Assembly: GCA_028282585.1 (NCBI GenBank)
Contig: JANQHR010000063.1
Span: 1 to 32,832, forward strand
Direction: 5' to 3'
Source of the DNA: Bacteroidales bacterium
Lineage (GTDB): Bacteria; Bacteroidota; Bacteroidia; Bacteroidales; UBA12077
Length of the DNA stretch: 32,832 nt
The position numbers were made by a program, and so were the translations under genes. The stretch's first letter is position 1, and every line of letters starts with the position of its first letter. This document shows positions 1 through 8,647 of this stretch, in pieces. Below the pieces are notes generated by a model. It saw only the letters and a list, made by a program, of their open reading frames with translations, did no database searches and was not told the origin of the DNA.

Positions 1-98
1 CGGGTGTCCGTTTTCAACAAGAATCCTTGTCCGGAATCAACAGGAATTGGTGTCCGCTTTCAGCAAGAACGGGTGTCCGTTTTGCTCAAGAATATGCA
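1..98. mobile_element. IS21-family insertion sequence terminus; the body of the element lies left of the window
   Basis: Four tandem 23-bp imperfect repeats (1-23, 24-46, 47-69, 70-92; consensus nGGTGTCCGtttTCAaCAAGAA) end in TATGCA at 98. Multiple subterminal repeats plus a CA-3' end are IS21-family hallmarks. Unrelated coding sequence begins immediately after. Confidence 0.75.
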
Positions 99-256
99 AT
101 TTTACTCAGATTGATGAATCTGGCAGAGAATTCATTCCTAAAGGAGACTATGAAGTAACTGTTGGAAATGCAGTTCCAACTAAAAGGAGTATTGAGCTAG
201 GAGCATTACTTCCATTAAGTCTTAAAATTGATTCAAGTATTTTGCAAAACTTGTGA
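99..256 (+). pseudogene. C-terminal remnant of a probable GH3 beta-glucosidase/xylosidase (Fn3-like domain), interrupted by the IS
   Basis: FTQIDESGREFIPKGDYEVTVGNAVPTKRSIELGA resembles the GH3 C-terminal Fn3-like tail (xDxxG..GxYxxxVG). The first ~17 aa of ORF 47..256 come from the IS end. Confidence 0.6.
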
Positions 257-265
257 CATTAATTT

Positions 266-305
266 TTAAAGGACTTTAATTGTATCAAAAATTAAAGTCC
301 TTTAA
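266..305. terminator. Perfect 16-bp stem-loop, probable (possibly bidirectional) terminator
   Basis: TTAAAGGACTTTAATT (266-281), 8-nt loop, AATTAAAGTCCTTTAA (290-305). It lies 10 bp after the GH3 stop codon, between convergent genes. Confidence 0.7.
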
Positions 306-382
306 TATCCGATAGATATTTTGTTGTTGTGGGACCATTATTCTTTGGTTATGGAAGGTTACTATTATTTCTATGGTATTTT

Positions 383-1022
383 CATTAGAGGGCACTTAAA
401 ACCCGCTGATTATTAATTGTTTATTTTTTAGTTCTTTGACATTTTTGTAATCGTATTTTGTAAGCACTTCTCTTACAGGAGTTTTTTCGAGTAGGGGTAT
501 GCTAAGGATTTGTAGGATTTCGTAGATTGAGCGGTCAACTTTCAATTTGTTACCAACTATGGCAACAAGACAGTATGCGATGATAGCACAATACATTTGG
601 ATTTTTACAGCATTAATAGTTGTTCCCCAAAAGGATTTTATCTTCAGGTGCTGTTTCATCCATTTGAAAAACAGTTCTACTTCCCAACGCTTCTTATGCA
701 GGTAAACTATTTCGGTAGGTTTAAGCTGCATGTTGTTGGTAAGGAAAATTAGTTCCTTACCTGATTCACAATCATAGTATTTTATTCTCCGGAGCTTCTC
801 TGGATAATCCCTGCTTAGGTAGTAAGTTTCCAACTTGCCGATTTGATCATATTTCACCCCGGTTGCTTTGTCAACTAGGGTTGAATACATCCGCTTAAAC
901 CGCATGTTATCTTTTGCCCGTGTAACAAAGAAAGCCTGTTGCTTGTGAAGATGGTACAGTCTTTTAAAATCAATGTAAGCCCTGTCTATCACATAAAAGC
1001 TCCCGGGCTCATATGAGATCAG
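383..1022 (-). mobile_element. 5'-truncated IS4-family element (DDE transposase C-terminal half plus one terminal IR)
   Basis: ORF 396..992 carries DRAYIDF, FFVTRAK, LRRIKYYD, FLTNN and the YREK-like HKKRWEVELFFKWMKQHL motif. The frame continues upstream as LISYEPGSFYV to ~1022 and then loses similarity. Candidate IR CATTAGAGGGCACTTAA at 383-399 overlaps the stop. Confidence 0.85.
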
Positions 1023-1051
1023 AACAAGGGCATGTTTTGTTTTGCAATGTG

Positions 1052-1167
1052 CTTATATTCAGAAAAATAGAAATCTTTTTTCTTCTGTGGTACCTTTCTG
1101 GTAACCCTATAATTATTTGTTTAAAGAACGCTACAAATTATATTCAAATGTATCAAACTTTAGTGAA
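1052..1167. repeat. Direct repeat, copy 1 (~116 bp)
   Basis: CTTATATTCAGAAAAATAGAAATCTTTTTTCTTCTGTGGTACCTTTCTGGTAACCCTATAATTATT... aligns by eye at roughly 90% with 15448-15564. Confidence 0.95.
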
Positions 1168-1251
1168 ATTCTTTCATATAATAATTTCATTTTTTAAATC
1201 TAATTTTTGTTTTAGTGAAATGCTAATGTAGATAAAGGTGTACGTTTGATC

Positions 1252-3102
1252 CTATCCACTTAAAGGTTTACGTTGAATAATTATTTGAATAAATACTCCT
1301 ATAAATAATGAAATTGAAATATAAGCTAGTAGTATGGTATTAATAATATATAAGTCGAATTCTCTTCGAAATATCTTACCTTCATATTTATGCATTATCT
1401 TATCGCCGTTTTGTCTCTCAATCGACGATAAGTTGTTAAATAAAGTCAATTTATTTGACTTTGATAATTTATTTTTTTTAATGATCGAGATTATTGAGGA
1501 AGTATCAGGTTTACTGATGTTATCCAAATAGAAGAGCGTGTCTTGGAGCCCTAATTTTTTACCATTAGGATTGTATAATCTTGAAGAATCAGATTTAAGG
1601 ATAATGTTCTCAACCCATAACTCTTGTAATATATCATCTTGAAAGAATCTCTCTTTCAACGTGATTGACCCTGCTATTAGACTAATAGTAATAGAGTAAA
1701 ATGAAGCTAAGAACATAATGCCGAACGTCTTTAAAAAGGATCTGCCTATAGGAGAGAGTGGTCTTAATGTTCTTTCATTACTCAATATCATGAAGAAAGT
1801 TAATGGAAATAAAATATAGCATATAGTTTCAATGCTATCATTATTTGTTAAGCAATGCTCAAGAATGAATTTGGATTTAGAAACAAGCAACCATGATGAG
1901 AAGAGAATAACAGTCAGGCTAAATAAAATAAGCTGAAATGATCTATTCAATTTATAAATTCCTAAAATGCAAAAACTGAAAAAGAAGGTTAAAACTCCAA
2001 GACTAATAAAGAATAAAATAATTATAAGACTGATTTGTATAGTGTTTTGAAAATCAGTCCCGTAGAATGCAAAAACAAAAGATGCGATAAAACTTATTAT
2101 TAATAACCATGGCGGGAAACTTTTAAATTTTTCAAGGTTAAAAATCAAACTAAAAGAAGATACAATATTATTTCTTTGAGCTAACCAGAGTGAATAATTC
2201 GCCTTATCATTAGAGTCTACATCCGTTTTCTTATAAATTGAATAGAGCTCTTTTTCAATGTCTTGAAACCAATAGAAATTAACATTTCCATTTTTCTTAT
2301 TCTTTTTTCTATGTATAATATTCTCAGCGCCAGATTTCATCAATACTCTAGCCCATTTATCTTTAACCTTACTATTAACCTTTTTTATTTTATCATTATT
2401 AGAAACATATAAGTTATAATAGAAATCAAGCTTAGCTGATGTAGCTTCGAAATAAAAGTTTTGAAACAATTGGCTTTTTGCCCGGCTAAAATATGGGCTA
2501 GATTTAAATAATTCCGTATGGTTAAAATCGAATAAAAAATCTAAGAATAGCTCCCTTAGAAATAATTTTTCGTAATCATTCCTTATACCATTATTATCAT
2601 TTTTTCCTTTTTTGAAATGCACTAGGTACTGCCAAACTCTTCTTATTCGATATCCTAGTTTCTGCCAAAACTTTAAATTGGCATCTTCCTCATTATTAAT
2701 GAATCCTAATTGTTTCTTTATGTTATCATCATTATAGTACCAACTTTTGTTAGTGAAATTTACATCTTTACTAATTGAATATTTTTGTGCAAGAGGAAAT
2801 TCCGCGTTAACTATCCAGTCAAGAGTCGTATTTAGTTCATTATTTGTTTTATTCCCTTCATAATAAGGTAGCTCAAATAGAATGGTATCCAAAAAATCTA
2901 AGCCTATTGTTTTTTTAGAATCTTCTTTTTTTCTATTTAATTCTCCGGTAAAGTAAAAGCCTATTCTATTTTTATGAAAGATGACATAAACAGGATATGA
3001 AATAGAAGACTTCTTCTGATAAACCTTTTTATAATTATATACTAAATCTCCATTCTGAGAAGCCGAATTATTACACAGTTTAAAGAATTGCCCGTTACTC
3101 AT
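1252..3102 (-). CDS. Hypothetical membrane protein (616 aa): ~320-aa soluble N-terminus, then ~6 TM helices
   Basis: Long ORF starting 3 bp after the upstream gene's stop. Hydrophobic segments at PPWLLIISFIASFVFAF, ISLIIILFFISLGVLTFFFSFCILGI, LILFSLTVILFSSWLLV, ICYILFPLTFFMIL, FGIMFLASFYSITISLIAG and ILLAYISISLFIGVFIQIII. Confidence 0.85.
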   Translation of the reverse strand: MSNGQFFKLCNNSASQNGDLVYNYKKVYQKKSSISYPVYVIFHKNRIGFYFTGELNRKKEDSKKTIGLDFLDTILFELPYYEGNKTNNELNTTLDWIVNAEFPLAQKYSISKDVNFTNKSWYYNDDNIKKQLGFINNEEDANLKFWQKLGYRIRRVWQYLVHFKKGKNDNNGIRNDYEKLFLRELFLDFLFDFNHTELFKSSPYFSRAKSQLFQNFYFEATSAKLDFYYNLYVSNNDKIKKVNSKVKDKWARVLMKSGAENIIHRKKNKKNGNVNFYWFQDIEKELYSIYKKTDVDSNDKANYSLWLAQRNNIVSSFSLIFNLEKFKSFPPWLLIISFIASFVFAFYGTDFQNTIQISLIIILFFISLGVLTFFFSFCILGIYKLNRSFQLILFSLTVILFSSWLLVSKSKFILEHCLTNNDSIETICYILFPLTFFMILSNERTLRPLSPIGRSFLKTFGIMFLASFYSITISLIAGSITLKERFFQDDILQELWVENIILKSDSSRLYNPNGKKLGLQDTLFYLDNISKPDTSSIISIIKKNKLSKSNKLTLFNNLSSIERQNGDKIMHKYEGKIFRREFDLYIINTILLAYISISLFIGVFIQIIIQRKPLSG

Positions 3103-3105
3103 GGA

Positions 3106-5316
3106 TTAGTAATATTTAGCCAATGATTCAAGATAATTACCTACTATTTTGAAAGTTTCCTCAAGTTCAGTAACTCGTAACTCGCTATTAACAAGCTTAT
3201 ATAATTCTAAAGTTTGTCCTATATTATAACCAGTACCGTATGCCAGCTGAAACAAAAGTTGTCTTAAATGGTCATAAAAAATTACTTTTTCTGATTCAAG
3301 TTGAGAATTAATATGATCTATAACCGAACCAGCAAAAGCTGAATTACATTCATAATCTTTTGAAATGATTTCCCTTTGTCCAAATTTGTAAATATATGCA
3401 CCATATAAGCCTTTTGACCAGCTTCTAACATCAATTTCCTTATCATCCTTTTTGGGAATTAACTTATTCTGTATTAAAAATCTTATCAAAATGTCTTTTG
3501 TAATGATTACTTGAGAAATTTGAAGACGTAAAAATGAATAAAAAGCATAATTAAACAATTCTGGAGAGTTTACAGGATCACCTCCTCGAGAAAGATACCA
3601 ATGCTCACTATTATGACCTAATCCCTGTTCCCTTAATCGGTCTAGAAAGGCGGTTTGAAAAGACGAAATATTGATGATCCAGAATTTCCCCAATGGACCT
3701 TTATTCCTAGAAATTCCCTCGATTAGCTGTTTAAAATATTCTTTTTCAGTATAACTAGAAGACATTTCAATTGGCATATAAAATGCTAGTTCAGAGTAAT
3801 CTTTCTCATTATACCCCTCATCTTTAGCAAGAATCCTATGTAAAATATTAAGTAATTCATGCGAATATTCTCTTGCTCCCTTTCTTCTTAAATTTTCGCC
3901 TAACAAATAGTCTAATAAAATTATATCATAAGTTTTTTCAGATAATTTCTCTAGCGCTTTACATATAATATACTGTTTTTTACTTTTAATTGATGAATCA
4001 AGATCAGAAACTGAATCAATAGTTATATTTTCATTATCTATAATATCACTAATAATTACTTTTTTAGTAAGACCTTCTCCTTCTAAACCAGTAAGTTCGA
4101 CATCGGCAAAATCATCAATTAAGAGGCATTTCCATTTTAAATTAAGTATTTCTTCATTGTTACCTATAAGCTTTTTCGTTTCCTCCTGCATTTTCGTTTC
4201 TGAATGAAAGATAAAAGGAGTAATATGTGAACCGTGTGAATCAGATTCTTTTAGTTTTATATTAAATAACGCTTTGTTAACGGTACAATATTCACTGAAT
4301 ACACTAGATTTTAATAATTGTGCATTATGATTAGGAAGTGAGAATAATCCCTGTTCTATATAGGCAATTGGGTAGTATGCTGTTTTTATATTCGAGTCAA
4401 TAAATTGAATATTTCTTGCAATATTTAGTTTGCTCTTGAGCCAGTCCAATTCTTCAAAATAAGCTTTTATATCTTTCAAGGGAAAAGCTTCTGATTTGGT
4501 TTTTGAACTAATAGCTAATTCAAATAGATCGTCGACGCCCGCAAATAACACTTTCTTTTTATCAAATGTTTCTATCTTATTAAAAAATGAAAAAAATGTT
4601 TTCAAAAAATCCTTGTGAGACAAATCAAGTAATGTCACAAAGCAAATAATAAAATTATCTTCTAAGATTGGCTTGTAATATTTAAGATTTTCTTCTGTAA
4701 TAAAATTATTCCTTATCTTCTCAAAGCTTTCTGTTATGTAATAATTATAACTAGTTTCTAATATACTTTGGGTCTCAAAATCAATAGCAACATTAAGTTG
4801 AAAATCTCTTATTCCAGTATCAATATCATGGTCAGCTTGTGATTCCAGTAAATTTTTTTCTCTCTTGATTAATAGATTTTCAATTTCACCATCAGGAATC
4901 TTAATTTTATTTACTATCTCATCAATTTCATTATTTGCTATAGTCTGTTCCCCGTTTTTCACTTTCCTTATAAACTGATGTACAATACCATTTGTGTGAG
5001 AAAATGAAAAAAAATTAATATTATTATCAGCTTCAACACTCAAAAGTGCGTTATTCACTTTTTTCTCATCTTTAGCAAAATCAAAATCACTGGCATGCAA
5101 GAAGATATAATAAGTATGTTCATTGGAAAAACTACTCAATAATGAATTTATATATTCCTCTTTACTTTGATTGTCGGCTTTTACATTAAAGTACCTAATA
5201 GCTTGGTGACTGTCTAAGCAAGTATCATTTAAATGAGGATACTTTTGAATGAAATCTTCATCCCATGTACAGAATACGTAAAAAATGTTATTATTATTTT
5301 GTTCCATGGGCTGCAT
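3106..5316 (-). CDS. 736-aa protein with an internal response-regulator receiver-like domain and no recognisable DNA-binding output
   Basis: KCLLIDDF (acidic pair), YDIILLDYLLG (phosphoacceptor Asp) and WIINISSF (S/T position). The start overlaps the upstream stop; the true start may be the second Met (MEQ). Confidence 0.75.
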   Translation of the reverse strand: MQPMEQNNNNIFYVFCTWDEDFIQKYPHLNDTCLDSHQAIRYFNVKADNQSKEEYINSLLSSFSNEHTYYIFLHASDFDFAKDEKKVNNALLSVEADNNINFFSFSHTNGIVHQFIRKVKNGEQTIANNEIDEIVNKIKIPDGEIENLLIKREKNLLESQADHDIDTGIRDFQLNVAIDFETQSILETSYNYYITESFEKIRNNFITEENLKYYKPILEDNFIICFVTLLDLSHKDFLKTFFSFFNKIETFDKKKVLFAGVDDLFELAISSKTKSEAFPLKDIKAYFEELDWLKSKLNIARNIQFIDSNIKTAYYPIAYIEQGLFSLPNHNAQLLKSSVFSEYCTVNKALFNIKLKESDSHGSHITPFIFHSETKMQEETKKLIGNNEEILNLKWKCLLIDDFADVELTGLEGEGLTKKVIISDIIDNENITIDSVSDLDSSIKSKKQYIICKALEKLSEKTYDIILLDYLLGENLRRKGAREYSHELLNILHRILAKDEGYNEKDYSELAFYMPIEMSSSYTEKEYFKQLIEGISRNKGPLGKFWIINISSFQTAFLDRLREQGLGHNSEHWYLSRGGDPVNSPELFNYAFYSFLRLQISQVIITKDILIRFLIQNKLIPKKDDKEIDVRSWSKGLYGAYIYKFGQREIISKDYECNSAFAGSVIDHINSQLESEKVIFYDHLRQLLFQLAYGTGYNIGQTLELYKLVNSELRVTELEETFKIVGNYLESLAKYY

Positions 5317-8300
5317 ATAATTGTTCAGTTAAAGTATACTTGCAATCAAAAATTGCATTTTCAATAGATGAATATTGGATGAAAGGTAATAAATCCGGTA
5401 TCTCATTGGAGTCAGGTCGAGATCTCCCAGAATGAATGAAAATTTTTGTTTTCTTCCCAGGTCTTTTTTCTGTTATAGAATTAATCATTTTTTCATAAAT
5501 AGCTTTTGGACCTCCTTGTGTGTTCAATCCTTCCGATATTTTTTGGGTCAGAGAATGATGGACTGAAACAAAATGATAATCATTAAAAACTTTAAAATTT
5601 AGATCCGAAGCTGTTCTGAATATATTTCTAATTTTCGATTCAGTATCAAATAAAATCATCAAGTCGCCTAAAATATCAATTGAAAAAATATCGACTTCTT
5701 TATTTTTAAATAGAATATGTTGTTTAATATTCTCGTCATTTAATCGTTTGATATTTACATCTCTTTCTGAAATAAATTCAGCAAGTTCATTTTTGTTTTT
5801 ATGATTTAGATCTGTAAAAGTAAACGAAGGGTATTTTAGAAATTTCTTTTCATTAAAATATTTATTAAAGTCTTTTTCATTTTCCTTTAATTCGAGAAAT
5901 TTATCAAATTCTTGAACATATAGTGATTTTTCCTCGCCGGTAATACGACTCCAGATCCTTTCATCAAGGATAAGAACCTTGGTTTTCGTTGATTCAAACA
6001 TGTTCAGATACCAAGTTTCATTTAAAATTGAATTTCTAACTAATCTATCTGTTGAGTTATCACCTGTTATTGTTTCAAGGAATCTTGGTTTCTCATTTTT
6101 AATAAGTTCCTCTAATTCTTTATTGCTATATTCATTGAGATGTTTTAAAAATGAAATGCTGTTTTTTACTAGCGATAGTTCAATTTTTGGGTAGTAAGAC
6201 TCTAATTTCTTTTCTTCTTTTTTTGTGCTGGAGACACTTGTTCTGATTTTATCATAAATACTTATTGTTGGTCTTTCCCTTCCGAATCTTTTACCTATCC
6301 AGTAATCTATAATTTTGATGTATCGTTTATCTAACACATGATAAAACGCATTTAAGAGATTAATTTTTTTATCATTAGAGAAGTTATCTGATTCAAGTAT
6401 TTTCTCAAAAATTTCAATCTTTGGATATTCAAAAAATCTAGTAGGTGATAACTGCTTTATGTCAGCATCCATTTTCTGTTTGACTGACTTACTGTATATC
6501 ACATATCTATAACTCTTACATTTTTCGTTTTTATACTCATCAACTGTCAAAAAGTACCAACCTTCATAAATGCATTTATCTGATAATTCCTTGCTAAAAT
6601 ACTTATTCTTTAACTTTTGTGTAAGCAACACAGCAACTTTTCTTGATTTAAGCAAGTTGAACTGATAAGCAATATTCTTTTTTTTATTAAAAACTCTTAC
6701 AATATTTGAATTTCTGTTTTCCACTTCATTAAAATCGAGATTCCTCAACCATGCAGCTGAAATCTTAATTTCTTTTAAACCTTTATTTGATTCATTTAAT
6801 GAACCATCTTCATTAGTTAAAGGACTATCAATTCCTTTTTTGATCCGAAAAATATTCGCGTACTGATAAATCTTATTTTCTTCAATTTCCTGATCATCAA
6901 TATGTCTTCTTTCTTCATCAGTTAGTGCATATATTTTATCAGCTTCCTTGTCAATACATATAAGGCTTCCAACATCTTGGCAATTATCATATATCGTAAT
7001 TTCTAAAAGGCTAGGATCCAAGCTAGAATCTTTTAATTCAATTGTAAACTTTAACTTTGCCAAATCTTTTTTAGAATGTTTTGCAGAGTTTCTTATTATA
7101 TTTTCCATAATAGAGAACAATGCTTGACGACCTATTATTCCAGCTGGCAGATCTATATTTTTCTTTCTTAAATCGGATAAATCTTTATCTGCTTGAGTTC
7201 CAGGTTTCGTTTTGTCACCTTTAAATTCACCATAATTAATCTCTAATTGATTTCTACTTACTCCTTCAGCTCTAGCAATATTGTCAAGTAAAATATTTAC
7301 AACATCTCTACCTTGCAAATTGTGCCGCTTTACTCTTTTATCCCAGTTAAGTTCATCGTAAATTGAATCCTTAAAGTTTACAGGTGCAAAATAAGGTATA
7401 TGCCATGTTGAAATAGTTGCAATAAAATCTTGCCTTTCCTGCAGATATTGATAAAATCGATTGGTTCCCAATAGAAATGGTAATCCCTCTTGTTCAATTG
7501 TTTCTTGTACCTTATGAGCATCATAACCTTTTATTTGGTAATTTTTATTTACCAAATTTTCTAATAATTCGTTCTTAACAATATCTGTTACAGAATTAGT
7601 TTTCGTTTTTAAATTGGATAGGACATGACTACCCAAATTATGGCTCATGTTTCTTGCCATTATTGCACTTATAGCTGACTTTGTAGCATGATATTTGGCT
7701 TTTTTTGTCTGATCTAAAACTAGTGCGTATTGAAAGGTTTGGTAAATTGAAATAACATTATTTTGTACAAAAGTTTGATAATTTTTTCGCTCAAAATATG
7801 TTGATTCCGTTTTGAAAGGAACCAGCATACCTCCGACCCACCTTTTAGTTATTTTGTCTTCTTCTATAACATTTGTTATTGCTGGAAAATAGATAAATTC
7901 TTTATAATCATTGAAAGGTACGATTGTTTTGAAAAATTCTAAGTAAGTATAAAAAGCTTTATTAATATCTGAAAATTCAATTTTTCCAGAAGTGAGGCTT
8001 TGCTTTTCATTTAGAAGATCATTTATCAGTACACATTTATCAATGTTTTGGTTTTCTGATTTAGCTTCAGAATAAACTTTTTCAATAAAATCTTCAAAGT
8101 TATCCTTGGGTTCATTAATTTCATTTGATTCAAATTGTATATGAAACTCATTCTCAGAAATACCCGTTTTGTTTTTTGTTAGTATTAAATATGGTAAATT
8201 ATCCATATATCGTTCTGGGTAATTGCTAGATAAAGCTTCCAAAATTTTATTTGAATCAAAAATCTTATTAACGATTTTGGGATTTTTGTAAAGTTCAGTA

Positions 8301-8647
8301 AGCCTTTTTGCATGTTTTATTAGATATTCATTATTATCATTATTTGGAGTTAGATAAAAGGCTTTAAACTTTTTCTCAGCTTCATATTCCGATGGTAACC
8401 AGTAATCTAGTATTACAAAATCATTTTCATTATTCCTCATACTGAATAATGATTTTATTTGGAGAACTAATTGATTAAATAATGGTTTAGAGCTCAGATC
8501 TATAATACTTGCGATACATTCTTTCTGGATAATTTCATCAATTGACCTAATAAATGAGTATGGAGATACTATTTCAGTATGTATGTCTTGAACCCACTTA
8601 TAGTTTTTGTTTAGTTCTCTATTTTTATCACTATTAGCTGTAAACAT
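5294..8647 (-). CDS. 1117-aa soluble divergent histidine kinase/GHKL ATPase with a C-terminal degenerate receiver-like domain
   Basis: H-box-like AIMARNMSHNLGSHVL; N-box FSIMENIIRNSAKH; G1-like ITIYDNC; G2-like SNKGLKE. C-terminal KVLILDERIW ... FVSVHHSL ... IFIHSGR. No TM segments seen. Confidence 0.75.
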   Translation of the reverse strand: MFTANSDKNRELNKNYKWVQDIHTEIVSPYSFIRSIDEIIQKECIASIIDLSSKPLFNQLVLQIKSLFSMRNNENDFVILDYWLPSEYEAEKKFKAFYLTPNNDNNEYLIKHAKRLTELYKNPKIVNKIFDSNKILEALSSNYPERYMDNLPYLILTKNKTGISENEFHIQFESNEINEPKDNFEDFIEKVYSEAKSENQNIDKCVLINDLLNEKQSLTSGKIEFSDINKAFYTYLEFFKTIVPFNDYKEFIYFPAITNVIEEDKITKRWVGGMLVPFKTESTYFERKNYQTFVQNNVISIYQTFQYALVLDQTKKAKYHATKSAISAIMARNMSHNLGSHVLSNLKTKTNSVTDIVKNELLENLVNKNYQIKGYDAHKVQETIEQEGLPFLLGTNRFYQYLQERQDFIATISTWHIPYFAPVNFKDSIYDELNWDKRVKRHNLQGRDVVNILLDNIARAEGVSRNQLEINYGEFKGDKTKPGTQADKDLSDLRKKNIDLPAGIIGRQALFSIMENIIRNSAKHSKKDLAKLKFTIELKDSSLDPSLLEITIYDNCQDVGSLICIDKEADKIYALTDEERRHIDDQEIEENKIYQYANIFRIKKGIDSPLTNEDGSLNESNKGLKEIKISAAWLRNLDFNEVENRNSNIVRVFNKKKNIAYQFNLLKSRKVAVLLTQKLKNKYFSKELSDKCIYEGWYFLTVDEYKNEKCKSYRYVIYSKSVKQKMDADIKQLSPTRFFEYPKIEIFEKILESDNFSNDKKINLLNAFYHVLDKRYIKIIDYWIGKRFGRERPTISIYDKIRTSVSSTKKEEKKLESYYPKIELSLVKNSISFLKHLNEYSNKELEELIKNEKPRFLETITGDNSTDRLVRNSILNETWYLNMFESTKTKVLILDERIWSRITGEEKSLYVQEFDKFLELKENEKDFNKYFNEKKFLKYPSFTFTDLNHKNKNELAEFISERDVNIKRLNDENIKQHILFKNKEVDIFSIDILGDLMILFDTESKIRNIFRTASDLNFKVFNDYHFVSVHHSLTQKISEGLNTQGGPKAIYEKMINSITEKRPGKKTKIFIHSGRSRPDSNEIPDLLPFIQYSSIENAIFDCKYTLTEQLYAAHGTK

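Noticed and set aside
1-92. 23-bp repeats as a CRISPR array
   Set aside because: The repeats are contiguous with no spacers, no cas genes are present, and they end in an IS-type CA terminus.
1013-1231. 72-aa ORF
   Set aside because: It spans the IS break point and the direct repeat, has low-complexity AT-driven composition, and is not preserved in repeat copy 2.
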